Below are positions 48,530-59,900 of a stretch of DNA of 64,000 nt, piece by piece. Every line of letters starts with the position of its first letter. The first letter of the stretch is position 1. Under the pieces are notes generated by a model. That model was not told where the DNA came from. It did no database searches and saw only the letters and a program-made list of their open reading frames with translations. The stretch lies in NCBI GenBank assembly GCA_016700095.1, contig CP065002.1, positions 240,463-304,462 of the forward strand, given 5' to 3'. Source of the DNA: Candidatus Woesebacteria bacterium. GTDB taxonomy: Bacteria > Patescibacteriota > Microgenomatia > UBA8517. Both the position numbers and the translations under genes were made by a program.

Positions 48530-49675
48530 ATGGACTATACATTGGCAGGACAAACTAAAACTTCAAAAACTAAAAGTGTGAATTCAGCAAAAAGTGGCGG
48601 TAGTTTGACTATGGACGATTTGCTTAAGTCGTTTAGCGACAAGGTTCATGGGTACAAACGAGGAGACCGCGTTGAGGGTATTGTCACAGGTATATCTTCT
48701 AAACAAGTAACGGTCGACATTGGTGGAAAAAGTGAAGCAATGGTGGCCGAAAAAGCATATATTGAGGCCAAGGATTTTATAAGAAAGTTGAAAGTAGGCG
48801 ATAAGGTAACTGCAAACGTAATTATTCCTGAAACTTACGACGGCGTCACCATTCTTTCTTTTCGTCATACAGCCCAAAACGCATCTTGGAATCTGCTTGA
48901 AAGTGCAATGAAAAATGATACACCGATTAATGTAACGGGAAGAAATGTTAATCAGTCTGGAGTAATGGTCGACATTGAGGGACTAACCGGTTTTGTCCCC
49001 ATATCGCAATTGGGAAGGGAAGCGGCGAAAAATCCACAAGGCCTTATTAATGCCCAGTTTAAAGTTTTACCAATCGACATAGATCGGGAAATGAACAAAA
49101 TTGTCTTGTCCGAGAAAGCGGTTTCCGATGCCGAGGAAATTAAGCAAATCAGAAAAGCTATCGAGACAATAAAAATAGGTGAAATCTATGACGGTACCGT
49201 GTCGGCGATAACCAATTTCGGATGTTTTGTAACTATTCAAAAAGAACTTTCCAAAAAAGAAGTCATAAGCGTTGACGGTCTGGTACATATTTCCGAACTT
49301 TCTTGGGATAAGGTATCAAGTGCAAGTGAGATTGTTGATGAAGGTGATAAAGTCAAAGTCAAAATAATTGGCAAAGACCACAATAAACTATCCTTCTCCA
49401 CAAAACAGGTCGACAAGGATCCGTGGGAAAAAGTGGCACAAAAATACCAGAAGGATGCGAAAGTTAAAGGAACAGCTACAAAGATTACGGATTATGGCGT
49501 GTTTGTTCAACTTGAAGAAGGCGTCGAAGGATTGGTACATATGACCAAAATTCCACCCGGCAAAAAATACGAGAAGGGAGATCCCGTTAGTGTGTATGTC
49601 GAAGAAGTGGATCTGGACAATCGAAAAATCTCTTTGGGACTAGTTCTTACCGCAAAGCCGGTAGGGTATAGGTAA
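48530..49675 (+). CDS. rpsA: 30S ribosomal protein S1 (short form with about 4 S1 domains)
   Basis: repeated S1-domain motifs GDRVEGIVTG, GEIYDGTVSAITNFGCFV, GLVHISELSWDKV; true start may be the internal ATG (MDDLLKSF). Confidence 0.75.
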   Translation: MDYTLAGQTKTSKTKSVNSAKSGGSLTMDDLLKSFSDKVHGYKRGDRVEGIVTGISSKQVTVDIGGKSEAMVAEKAYIEAKDFIRKLKVGDKVTANVIIPETYDGVTILSFRHTAQNASWNLLESAMKNDTPINVTGRNVNQSGVMVDIEGLTGFVPISQLGREAAKNPQGLINAQFKVLPIDIDREMNKIVLSEKAVSDAEEIKQIRKAIETIKIGEIYDGTVSAITNFGCFVTIQKELSKKEVISVDGLVHISELSWDKVSSASEIVDEGDKVKVKIIGKDHNKLSFSTKQVDKDPWEKVAQKYQKDAKVKGTATKITDYGVFVQLEEGVEGLVHMTKIPPGKKYEKGDPVSVYVEEVDLDNRKISLGLVLTAKPVGYR

Positions 49676-50400
49676 ACCAGACTTGTCTTCTCTTTAAAGA
49701 TAATTCCTCCAGTAACCTTGGTATATAAAGATCAGGAATTACCCAAATACATACATCTACATTAGAGTTAAATGGGAAATGTTACTCCATGCGAGTGGAC
49801 TGAAAAACTAACAAGAAAGTACTCATTAATACGTAAATATGTAGCAATGTCTTAACTTGTTGTGGTATATAAATATTTATTATTTGGGACAAATATTCCT
49901 TGCGAAAATAAGCGGGGAAAAAATATTGCAATCTAATTCACAGCAACTAAGTTGTTTGTTCTTCGCTATCGCGTAGACCTAGGGTTTCGTCATGTATTAT
50001 GGATATATTAGGCATACCGGGTTGAGTAGATTGTTGGCGTCCACTTGTAGGTGTTAAATCAATCAATGAACCATGACCTTGAGAACCTCCATTAGCTTTA
50101 AACCATTCTTCCATTTGTTCACGGGTAAGTGGTTTCACTGCCTCTTTTTTAGACATGTGAGGATTCTATCATATTTCATAAACATACCAAAGTAGTAAAT
50201 CTTAGGGTGTTATAAGTTTTAGTATTGTGTACGTTTGATTGAATTAAGAAAAGCTAGCAGTCAAAGTTTATATAATATCTTTTCCGAAATATAAATTTCT
50301 AGCTGCCAATCACAACTGGGTTGAGTCGGAGTTTGAACACCTGATGATTTGAGAAGTGTATGAAACAAGACTTGAAAAAAGGTGATTTTGTGACGAAGAG

Positions 50401-51222
50401 TTGCTGAATTGGAGTTTCTTGACTATAGTTCAACTGTATATGGATGATGAAGAAATAGTACAAGTGTTCGTGCAACAAGAAAGACCATTTAGAGCTGAAG
50501 AAATTAATTGGGAAAAAGGTGTTTTTATCCCAGCTGGAGAAGAAGGGCGTAAACCCGTGAAGATTTTGCCGAAACCCCATTATATCAAGATAAGCCATGG
50601 TTTTAGAGTATGGGACTTCAAAGACACTGGGTTTAATAACCCTCGAACTCCTGATAATTATTATGCAATATATATGTTTGGAGTTTTTAATGACGAAACA
50701 TCCAATAAACCAGATCAGATTAGGTTTTTACGATTTCCAGTTGTAAATGATGATAGTGATGTTTCCGGTGTTGATCAAAAAATATTTGAAGAGTTAAGTC
50801 AACAAACAGGTGAGGAAGAATCACAATTGCGTCGGTCTGCAAAGCCTCGAGATATTCAGGCAATTGTTCGCAATACTGCTCATAGAATTCACAGATCATT
50901 GCGTTGGATTATGGATCCTAGAACTAATATGCAAACAAATGGAATCAATGGAGATTGTTTGAGGGATGATCCCAACAAATCCGCAACAATTTATTCGGGG
51001 TGGAAAGATGGTAAAGATTTGTTTCAGCCAAACACTAATTTTGTGGCAATAGCCAGAGCACCGGGTGGTGCTGATTGGTATGTTGATATTAGCTGTCATG
51101 ATGAAATAGGAAACCGTGAAACAACAGGATATATGATTTCACCTCCATTACCAGACGATTTAAGTGGTTTGTCGGAAGAAGATAAACGATTGATTAACGG
51201 CTTAATAAGCGCGAATAAATAA
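50401..51222 (+). CDS. hypothetical protein
   Basis: ORF track; likely start at an internal ATG. Confidence 0.4.
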   Translation: MLNWSFLTIVQLYMDDEEIVQVFVQQERPFRAEEINWEKGVFIPAGEEGRKPVKILPKPHYIKISHGFRVWDFKDTGFNNPRTPDNYYAIYMFGVFNDETSNKPDQIRFLRFPVVNDDSDVSGVDQKIFEELSQQTGEEESQLRRSAKPRDIQAIVRNTAHRIHRSLRWIMDPRTNMQTNGINGDCLRDDPNKSATIYSGWKDGKDLFQPNTNFVAIARAPGGADWYVDISCHDEIGNRETTGYMISPPLPDDLSGLSEEDKRLINGLISANK

Positions 51223-51506
51223 TACTATTTAAATTAATTCTTCGATCTTAAATTATTCCACCTTACATAAACATACGGATTTATACGTTAAGATCATATG
51301 TATTATAAAAGGAGAATAAAATATCACAACTTAAAAGGTCGTCAGATAGTGTATTCAAACATCGCGAAAAGTATGCGCTTGAAAGCGTAGCTCATGCAAA
51401 GTAGCTTATACTTTATAGAAAAATCTTTTAACAAATTACAGCTTTTTTTGACTGTGGTTGTTTATTTGCTTGACTATTTAAATAGCTATAGTGATACTTA
51501 CAACTA

Positions 51507-52832
51507 ATGAAAATTAAAAAATCAGTTTATATTTGCCAGACATGTGGATTTGAATCGCTTGGATGGTTGGGTAAATGCACAGAGTGTGGAAGTTGGGGGA
51601 GTTTAGTAGAGACTGTTGTTTCTCGCAATTCCGGAGGAAAAAACCAAAATTCAAAAATCACTAAAAGCAACATTGTTAACTTGTCGAATGTAGAGACCAA
51701 AAGCTCTACACGAATATCAACCAAAATAAGCGAACTTGATAGGGTATTAGGGGGTGGAATCGTCCCCGGCCAGGTAATATTAATTGCAGGTGAACCAGGG
51801 ATAGGAAAGTCTACAATACTAATGCAATTGTCCGAAACATTGGGAAATATATTGTATGTATCGGGAGAGGAATCTGCTCATCAAATAGCTTTGCGCGGCA
51901 AAAGATTGGGGGTCAAAAATACAAACGACATATTGATACTGGAGGACACCGATATCGATGCAATTATAGATAATGTAATGGAAATAATTGACGCTAAGAG
52001 AAATTTATCCGCGGTTATAATCGATTCCATACAAACAATGCAAACATCCGATTTGTCGGGTATGGCAGGTGCCGCAGGACAGGTTAGAGAGTGTACTTAT
52101 AGATTGGTGCGTTTGGCGAAATCTACAAGTGTGCCTGTAATTATCGTTGGGCATGTAACCAAACAAGGATCGGTAGCCGGACCGGCACTACTCATGCATT
52201 TGGTTGACACAGTATTATGGTTTGAAGGAAGCCGTGATTTATCATTTCGTTTACTTAGGGCTCGAAAAAATAGATTTGGAGCAACCGATGAAGTTGGAAT
52301 TTTTACCATGGAAGACAAGGGTTTAATTTCGGTTGATGACACTTCACATTTGTTTCTCACAGAACTAGATAAAATGATTGCAGGAAGCGCAGTGACCTCC
52401 GTAATGGAAGGAACACGGCCATTGTTGGTGGAAATACAGTCACTAGTAATTCCCACAAAGATGGCATTTCCAAAAAGAGTTGCACAAGGAATTGATGCAA
52501 AAAGACTAGAGCTACTTCTTGCAGTATTGCAACGAAGAGCACAAGTTCCGGTTAATGATTTTGATGTTTTTGTGAATGTTGTCGGGGGAATAAAAGTCAA
52601 GGAAACCGGTGCGGACCTTGCGATCTGTTTGTCTGTAGCTTCAGCGTATTACGACAAACCGATTCCCAAAAAACTTGTATCAATCGGTGAAGTCGGACTT
52701 CTCGGTGAAGTAAGAAAAGTTACCTCCGAGGATAGGCGTATAAAAGAAACGAAAAGATTAGGATACAAACAAATTGTGACACACACCGATTTTGGTTATC
52801 TAAAAGACGCAGTAAAAAAAATTGTAAAGTAA
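51507..52832 (+). CDS. radA: DNA repair protein RadA/Sms
   Basis: N-terminal C4 zinc finger (CQTCGF...CTECGSWGS), Walker A GEPGIGKST, Lon-like C-terminal domain. Confidence 0.9.
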   Translation: MKIKKSVYICQTCGFESLGWLGKCTECGSWGSLVETVVSRNSGGKNQNSKITKSNIVNLSNVETKSSTRISTKISELDRVLGGGIVPGQVILIAGEPGIGKSTILMQLSETLGNILYVSGEESAHQIALRGKRLGVKNTNDILILEDTDIDAIIDNVMEIIDAKRNLSAVIIDSIQTMQTSDLSGMAGAAGQVRECTYRLVRLAKSTSVPVIIVGHVTKQGSVAGPALLMHLVDTVLWFEGSRDLSFRLLRARKNRFGATDEVGIFTMEDKGLISVDDTSHLFLTELDKMIAGSAVTSVMEGTRPLLVEIQSLVIPTKMAFPKRVAQGIDAKRLELLLAVLQRRAQVPVNDFDVFVNVVGGIKVKETGADLAICLSVASAYYDKPIPKKLVSIGEVGLLGEVRKVTSEDRRIKETKRLGYKQIVTHTDFGYLKDAVKKIVK

Positions 52833-53694
52833 CTCTCAGGCTAAAAAAATTGCAATTTCTGCAATACCGTGAGGCCGAAAACTTCTTATTTTAAATTTAA
52901 GGTACCTTGCTTAGTTTTTGCCATCTATTTATATTCTGACTTATGTTTTATTAATCTTATCGTGTGGAATCACCGAAAAAAATTAAGGATAGAGTCGGTC
53001 GATGATAGTAATCGAAAGTAATTTAGGAAATTGTGACGAGATGGGAATAGATTACAAAACCAAGAGCGATTGCGAACATGTATATCAATTGATATTACTT
53101 GCGGGCACGGCGTTCATGTAAATATAACCATAATTTTAGCTTCAACCCGTCTTTGCCAATAATTAAGCGGTAATTGGGCATACTATCCTTTGGAGAATAG
53201 TGTGTAAAATCTTTAGTGGTTTCGATTACGGGAAGTAATTTTTTACAAACTTATCCCAAAGTTATCCACAATAATTTATCGACCCAGAAAGAATACGAAT
53301 GTATGCTACGAAATAACATAGATTGTATTATGGGTATAGTATAATATTAGACGCACTATCATTATAGGCTTTGACAAAGTTGACAGCGTGTGTTAGAGTA
53401 TTTTCATAGCTCTTTTAAGCGTTTTTGGAAGTAGCGTAAGTTATTGCGAGGCTTAGAAAATGAAAAAGAGCATCGCTATCGTTGGGATATTGCTAACAAT
53501 TAAAACTGTAAGCAACCTTTCCACGTATAGTAATGCCCTTATTCATAAATTTGTCTTGAGAACAGGCTAGCTCCAAGACAAATCATAGTCAGATTAATCA
53601 ATAAGTTAGGTCGCTGTCAAGAGGATTTTTGATTATTAAGGCTAAATTGAGCAAAAAAGAGAAATATTAATCGCGCAAGTTGTCGCTTGTGGGG

Positions 53695-53895
53695 ACGGGT
53701 GGTATGTAGGGCAGGCGTACTACCCGTTCCTAGAGGTGAAAACAAGCGCGATTTTTTGTGTTTAGATTAGGTCAACTTGCAGTTGACACGGGTGGCATGT
53801 ATGAATCTTTCAGATTCATATCATTTCGGTTTACCTCATGTTAGGGCAGGCGTACTACCCGTTCCTAGAGGTGAAAACATGCGCGATTTTTTGTG
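53695..53895 (+). ncRNA. two tandem copies of a stem-loop element (acgggtgg..loop tagggcaggcg..tactacccgt) each followed by gcgcgattttttgtg; the second copy has an extra perfect hairpin inserted in its loop
   Basis: direct reading; lies in a 1.5-kb gene-free gap. Confidence 0.35.
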
Positions 53896-54334
53896 ACTCA
53901 ACCCAACTGGCGATCCAAGCCGAGTATGTATTTTCTCCTTTTGTACTTCCACACATTTATCGCATGGATGGAGAATAGTCTTACAGCCGAAGGCGGAAAA
54001 GTAATCTTAGATTTGAGTCTGAAGTAATATTAGATTTTGTCTCATATGCGTTTTCATTAGTTCGTTGGGTTATTGGCAAGCAATCTGATATTAACTATTG
54101 CAGTGCTATGTAAGTAGTTCCGATATGCCTAATCCATAAGAAATGGTAATGTATCAAACATTAACTTCGAACGTACTTTCTAACCTTGGTCATTTAATTT
54201 TGTAAATCATAATTGATGTTGGTGGATACAAGAAAACGGAAGTATCACCAAGAACCAACAAATACCAGAAGCTTATAGTACATAGTTGGAGTGTTTGACT
54301 TGCCAATAGTATTATCTTATAATATGGACGTCAA

Positions 54335-55255
54335 TTGGTAATGATATCTATGTTTTATAAAAATGCAATACTTCTTGCAGTAACCGCACTAACTCTAACT
54401 GCGCTTCCCATGTCAACGGTATTTGCGACAAACACACAAGTTCCAAGTTTTCCCTCATGTCCGATAGGAAATACCGGTGATTGGGTGCATTCGGATCATG
54501 GTTTTCATCATATTCCGGGTCAGGAAGCTACGATTGAAGGAAGTGATGACGTTTACCAGCTTGAAAATTCCAATTTTATCCAATGCCTTTGCGCAATCGA
54601 CGATTCAAAATCAACACAAACAATCTGGTGGAATATTACAAATTCAGATCTTAGTGATCAAGAAATTCAAAATTACCTGAGTGATGGTTGGTACTTGGAA
54701 AACGGTGGCTCGTGGAATCTAATCCAAGGAAATACATATCTTGCCAAGAATTCGAGTCGTTTATGTGCCGAGCCAACACCGACAATTACACCAGTTCCAA
54801 CGATCACGCTAACACCAACGCCCGGAAAAGAATTAGCAAGATGTACAGGCATCGAAGCAAATCCCAGAGAAGGAACCGCGGCGCTGTATGTTAAATTTGC
54901 CGGAGCAGGAATAGATTATCAAGGCCAAATCAAAGAATATCATTGGGATTTTGGTGACAACTCCAACAATCAACCCGAAAGAATAAATACTAAAAATCCT
55001 GAAGCAATTCATATCTACAACAATAAAGGAACTTACAAAGCTAAGCTTCAAGTGATGGATAGTCGTGGAGTATGGCATGGTGGAAATAGTGAATGTGAAT
55101 TGGAAGTAGTCGTGAAAGAAGAACCGACTCCGCAAGTAGCAGGTGCCGCCACAGAGCTTCCAAGTACTGGTTTCTCAGCCCCTAACGTTATTGTTGCTGG
55201 TCTTGGATTGACCGCACTTGGTGCAATCATTAAAAGACGCTTCAAATTGATTTAA
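54335..55255 (+). CDS. LPXTG-anchored surface protein with PKD-like domain
   Basis: signal peptide; WDFGDNSN...Y...GTYKAKLQV PKD-like pattern; C-terminal LPSTG + hydrophobic helix + KRRFK tail. Confidence 0.7.
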   Translation: MVMISMFYKNAILLAVTALTLTALPMSTVFATNTQVPSFPSCPIGNTGDWVHSDHGFHHIPGQEATIEGSDDVYQLENSNFIQCLCAIDDSKSTQTIWWNITNSDLSDQEIQNYLSDGWYLENGGSWNLIQGNTYLAKNSSRLCAEPTPTITPVPTITLTPTPGKELARCTGIEANPREGTAALYVKFAGAGIDYQGQIKEYHWDFGDNSNNQPERINTKNPEAIHIYNNKGTYKAKLQVMDSRGVWHGGNSECELEVVVKEEPTPQVAGAATELPSTGFSAPNVIVAGLGLTALGAIIKRRFKLI

Positions 55256-55297
55256 TAAAACGAAGGCACGTATTTTAGTTAAGCAGATTGTAAATAT

Positions 55298-56041
55298 ATG
55301 GGAACAATGTATCCTCACAAGATTATCTATGACGCAGACACTCACGTAATTCACAGCGAAGTATCTTTACATGCGGGAAAATTTGCGCGATTCATGTACA
55401 ATTTTTTGCGTGGAGCGGGAATTGGCTTGATTATCTTTGTTGTCTTGTCTTTTGTTGTCAGTATCGAACCGATAATCAGAGAAGAAATAGTTTATTACAT
55501 TAAAAATACGAGTGAGAATAATTCTCTCCAAGAAACACACTTAACAAATTTACCAATTGTTGAACAGACAATTGCTGTGCAAAACGAGGCTAAGTCATAC
55601 GGGGTAGATCCGCATTTTTCCATTGTTATTCCCAAAATTGACGCGAGGGCAAATATCATACCAAACGTAAGTGCGGTTAATGCCCCGGAATACTCCCAAG
55701 CGCTCCAAAAGGGAATTGCACATGCCGCGGGAACATATTTCCCGGGTCAGGGAAAAAATATCTATCTTTTTTCGCACTCTACCGATTTCGAATATAATGT
55801 GGCCAGATATAATGCGGTATTTTACCTTTTGAGAAAACTGGAACGAGGCGATAGAATTATTGTTTATTTTTCCGATGAGCGCTTTATTTATGAAGTGCAA
55901 GATAAATTTATTGTTAACGCAGTTGACACAAAGTGGCTTACGGAAGAAACCGAAACGGAAACATTGTATTTACAAACGTGTGATCCGCCGGGAACTACTT
56001 GGAAGAGACTGATTGTGAAGGCAGTGCCTGTTGAAAGTTAA
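55298..56041 (+). CDS. sortase family transpeptidase
   Basis: N-terminal TM, conserved His region (LFSHS) and TLYLQTCD catalytic-Cys motif; directly downstream of the LPXTG substrate. Confidence 0.7.
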   Translation: MGTMYPHKIIYDADTHVIHSEVSLHAGKFARFMYNFLRGAGIGLIIFVVLSFVVSIEPIIREEIVYYIKNTSENNSLQETHLTNLPIVEQTIAVQNEAKSYGVDPHFSIVIPKIDARANIIPNVSAVNAPEYSQALQKGIAHAAGTYFPGQGKNIYLFSHSTDFEYNVARYNAVFYLLRKLERGDRIIVYFSDERFIYEVQDKFIVNAVDTKWLTEETETETLYLQTCDPPGTTWKRLIVKAVPVES

Positions 56042-56133
56042 ATTTATAATTGTATGGCAAGATCCCAGCATTAAGCTCATGGGATCAATTTATTATCACT
56101 TCTTAATATCACTTCAACTTCAGAATCGTGATT

Positions 56134-56751
56134 TTATCCTCTTGTGAAATTACGATTGCGGAGAGCTTGGTTAATTTGTCGATTTTTGACTCCTGTTTCT
56201 TCATTTGTAATACATCTTAATTCTTCCGCAGTCGGTTTACCGAGGAATTTGTCGGGTTCTTGTTGTAATAACTTTCGTGTTGCAGGTTTGCCATTTACGA
56301 TACAAATTCGGTCTTTGGGATGAAGTACCGTACCACTTGGTCCAAAATTAAAATCACCTGCGTGAAGTGGTATTGCTTTTTCGTAGTTACCAGAACGATC
56401 TACTGCCTCATATAAAACAGCGGTTTTAAGAGTTGGATCTGCTGTTATTCGTCTTAAAGCAGCTAAAGCACCTTCGCCATCTCTTACATATGTGCATTCA
56501 TAATCTCCTTGGTGTTGTTGTGGGATAGGTTGTTCACTTGCAGGTGTTGCAATGCTGGGTAAGGTCTGACTGCCTTCAGGATTGTATTCGGGGTTGGTAG
56601 TAGGGTAGGGATTTTCTTGTGTTAACAATTGTCTATTCACGTTGTTTTGATGTGTCAAATAGCCGGCACCGACGGAAAGACCAACTACGCTAAGACCGCC
56701 AACGACCCGTGGTACCCATTTTCTGGTTTCTTGAGCTATTCCCATATACAA
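56134..56751 (-). CDS. hypothetical membrane-anchored protein
   Basis: N-terminal TM helix. Confidence 0.4.
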   Translation of the reverse strand: MYMGIAQETRKWVPRVVGGLSVVGLSVGAGYLTHQNNVNRQLLTQENPYPTTNPEYNPEGSQTLPSIATPASEQPIPQQHQGDYECTYVRDGEGALAALRRITADPTLKTAVLYEAVDRSGNYEKAIPLHAGDFNFGPSGTVLHPKDRICIVNGKPATRKLLQQEPDKFLGKPTAEELRCITNEETGVKNRQINQALRNRNFTRG

Positions 56752-57077
56752 AAGGCAGCACTTCTATAAAGTAACGCAATTATACACCTAAATGCCATAT
56801 TGTTTCAAAAATATGGGAAATATTTACTAGTAGGGACAATTGATAGTGGAGTAGATTTGCCGTTTGGAAAGGTATGATGACACGAGTTATTCTCAGAGTT
56901 AGCTAATCTTACATTGAGTACATTGTGGTAGCTTTTGCATTTGACAAACACCCAGAGTATCTCATACAATACAAATGCACCTGATTACTTCCGGTGATTT
57001 TAGAGATTTTATCTCCCAAACTAATATATACATGTTGGTTATTTGAATATCAAACCAAGCTGCTTAATTAATATATA

Positions 57078-58430
57078 ATGGCTACAAAAGCAAAGGATGA
57101 GGACTTAACAAGCGCCAAAAGCGCGGTAGATTTTATTGGAAAACCCGAAGGAAACGACAAAGTGGTTGAAAAAATTGAAGCACCAAAAAATACGGGTGAA
57201 TTAACTAAGGGAGAAGTTGAAATTACTGTAACCGAGAAACCGTCTCTTGTTGTTGATGAACGTGTGATACCTGATTCAAATTTACCCACAGAACACGTTG
57301 ATGGTATTTTGGATATTGCCAATGAAGGATCTGGACTTTTGCGGCCCAAACTTGCTCCAAGCGATCAAGACATTTATATATCAAGTAGTCAAATTCGTAG
57401 ATTTAACTTACGCGTTGGTGATAAAGTTGGCGGGCAAGCCAGGCGTCCGAAAGAAAATGAGCGTTATTGGGGTCTTTTGAAAGTCGAAACCGTAAATGGA
57501 ATAGAGATTGACAAACAAGGTGATAGACCTGATTTTGAAGATATGACCGCTATTTATCCTGATGCCGGATTTGAGTTGGCAACAGGCGAAGAACCAATGA
57601 CAACACGTATGATTGACCTGATTTCACCGATCGGCTTTGGTCAACGAGCTTTAGTTGTTTCTCCACCAAAGGCAGGAAAAACGTGGCTAATTAAAGATAT
57701 TATCTCCGGAATTGCAGCTAATTATCCCGAGGGAAAGGCTACTAAAACCAAAAAGAGTGTTCATATCATGGCTGTGTTAATAGGCGAAAGACCGGAAGAA
57801 GTTACAGATTTAACCAGGCACATCGAGAAAGTTACGAATGGCTTAGGTGAAGTGGCTTCTTCGAATTTCGATGAGGCACCTAGAAATCAAACACGGGTCG
57901 GTGAGCTTGCCTTAGAGCGCGCTAAAAGACTTGTTGAGATAGGACATGATGTGGTTATCGTTCTTGATAGTATTACGAGAATGGCAAGAGCTTATAATTT
58001 AGCGCTACCGACATCGGGTAGAACGCTAACGGGAGGATTTGATCCGGTTGCACTTTTCCCCGCAAAGAAATTTTTTGGGGCAGCAAGAAAGATTGAAAAC
58101 GCAGGGTCGTTGACAATTATCGGAACCTGTCTGGTTGATACGGGAAGCAGAATGGATGACCTTATTTACGAGGAATTTAAAGGTACTGGGAATATGGAAC
58201 TTCATCTTACCCGCAAGCTTGCAGAGAAGAGAGTTTTTCCGGCAATTGATGTAACCAGGTCGGGGACTAGGCAGGAAGAACTACTTTACGGAAATAATTT
58301 GCAAAAAGTACACACTCTTCGTCGAATGCTAGAGATGATGCATGACGATGAAAGAACCGAGACTCTACTTGACCGTTTGAGACATACAAAAACAAATCAG
58401 GAATTTCTTGACTCCTTAAAAACAGTATAA
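57078..58430 (+). CDS. rho: transcription termination factor Rho
   Basis: Walker A PPKAGKT, LIGERPEEVTD signature, RVFPAIDV..SGTR motif. Confidence 0.9.
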   Translation: MATKAKDEDLTSAKSAVDFIGKPEGNDKVVEKIEAPKNTGELTKGEVEITVTEKPSLVVDERVIPDSNLPTEHVDGILDIANEGSGLLRPKLAPSDQDIYISSSQIRRFNLRVGDKVGGQARRPKENERYWGLLKVETVNGIEIDKQGDRPDFEDMTAIYPDAGFELATGEEPMTTRMIDLISPIGFGQRALVVSPPKAGKTWLIKDIISGIAANYPEGKATKTKKSVHIMAVLIGERPEEVTDLTRHIEKVTNGLGEVASSNFDEAPRNQTRVGELALERAKRLVEIGHDVVIVLDSITRMARAYNLALPTSGRTLTGGFDPVALFPAKKFFGAARKIENAGSLTIIGTCLVDTGSRMDDLIYEEFKGTGNMELHLTRKLAEKRVFPAIDVTRSGTRQEELLYGNNLQKVHTLRRMLEMMHDDERTETLLDRLRHTKTNQEFLDSLKTV

Positions 58431-58896
58431 GAAACATTAATTATTGGCTTTTTAATATAGCGTTCTGATTAATTATTGCTCATCGATTCATACCACAACA
58501 AATATCGATAAAGAGTTAAAGATTATAATAGGAATTTTTTGAGTTTGTTTGGAAGAATTAATAATTAAAATTATATCTATCATTTTAAGGTGCATCACAC
58601 CGAATTAATCCTGCTTCAATAAATTTGTGATTATAGAGAAATGGATTTAGTCCGAATAACAATCTCACATGGTCGTACACTTAATGGTATCTCCTCCCTC
58701 GAATTACATCTCGTCTGAGTATGTCGGATAATAGATGTTTTACGAGTTAAAATTTAAGAGACTTATAAAATAAGAAGCGGTAAAACTGATACTAAGTCGG
58801 CTTAAAATGGATTCTGCCCATAAAGGTCAATAACTGAGACTGCAGAATAAAATTAAGCATAAATCGGAATCGCTAAAATAGGGATACCATATGTTT

Positions 58897-59685
58897 TTAT
58901 GGGTTATTTGGGGGTGGGTATTGACAGGATCCTTCATTCATGTTTATACGTGCATAAAGATATGGAGCAGTAAAACTTGATCTTTGTCCTGAATAAATTA
59001 CACCTGCAGTATCTGTATAACAGCTATATACCCAATAGCTTTGACCGATTTCAATATTGTCAATGAAAGAGTAATAACCAACACCATCCGATATGGTTGT
59101 GCTAATAATATTATTGCTGGAATTCAGTAATGTTACATGAGCATTTGAGCGAGGTATGTAATCCTGAGAAAGAAAGTATCTCACAGTTCCAGCAATAAGT
59201 GGCGCCTCTGGTGTAAGTGTTGGTGTCGGTTCTCCTGGTGGTGAAGTCGGAATTCCACTGGGCCAAACAGGATCGGTAGGTTCAGGTCCTGGGGGAACAG
59301 TTGGTCTAGGCCCCCCAGGATTACCGGGCGATCCTCCCCAATCCTTGCAAAGTGATGACCCTGAGAATTGTATATTGAATTCTGATATTTCAAATGAAGT
59401 AAAACCAATCCCCAATATACATCCAACCAAATTTACAATGAAAAATATGCTTAAAATTACGGTCATTCCTGCAATGCCTTGAGCGATTTTCTTTTTAGCT
59501 TGCTCAATTTGATTTACATTGCCACCCGAGGATATCCAAGATATCGCGCCGGTTATTATCATGAAAACAAGAATAATTACACCGGCAAGTATCACTAGTC
59601 CGACAAAAGATTTGAAAATTGAGCTGAAATAATCAGTGCCATTCATGCTGGCGAGTTCGGGAGTAAAGACTGGATTATTTATCAT
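58897..59685 (-). CDS. TrbC/VirB2-like pilin-domain protein with Pro-rich linker and Cys-containing C-terminal domain
   Basis: two hydrophobic helices around SSGGN...AKKKIAQGIAGMTVILSIFFIV, pattern common in CPR T4SS-type pilins. Confidence 0.4.
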   Translation of the reverse strand: MINNPVFTPELASMNGTDYFSSIFKSFVGLVILAGVIILVFMIITGAISWISSGGNVNQIEQAKKKIAQGIAGMTVILSIFFIVNLVGCILGIGFTSFEISEFNIQFSGSSLCKDWGGSPGNPGGPRPTVPPGPEPTDPVWPSGIPTSPPGEPTPTLTPEAPLIAGTVRYFLSQDYIPRSNAHVTLLNSSNNIISTTISDGVGYYSFIDNIEIGQSYWVYSCYTDTAGVIYSGQRSSFTAPYLYARINMNEGSCQYPPPNNP

Positions 59686-59900
59686 ATCGGTTAAATAGTA
59701 TTATATACACAAAATAAGTTGGATTGGAATACCATTAATTCCAGATTAATCTTAAAAACCGTGAGCGTAAGCTTGTGTGGTGAATAGAACAATTTTAATC
59801 TTGTAAAAACGTAAATCCTTAAGTGCCCGTATGGAGATTGTGAGGTGTTTATTGCTTCTTTACGTAACGACCTTCAAGTGGCAAGCTCATGAGAGATTTA

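Noticed and set aside
53700-53760. RNase P RNA candidate because of tagggcagg (cf. ATAGGGCAGG in the P-RNA core)
   Set aside because: There is no GGAAAGTCCGGGC P4 strand or other universal P-RNA elements anywhere nearby. The element is duplicated in tandem, which P RNA is not.
56134-56751. Possible L,D-transpeptidase (LHAG...GPSGTVLH resembling the H-G...S-GC motif)
   Set aside because: The catalytic SxGC(I/V)R cysteine motif is not present, so the protein is left as hypothetical.
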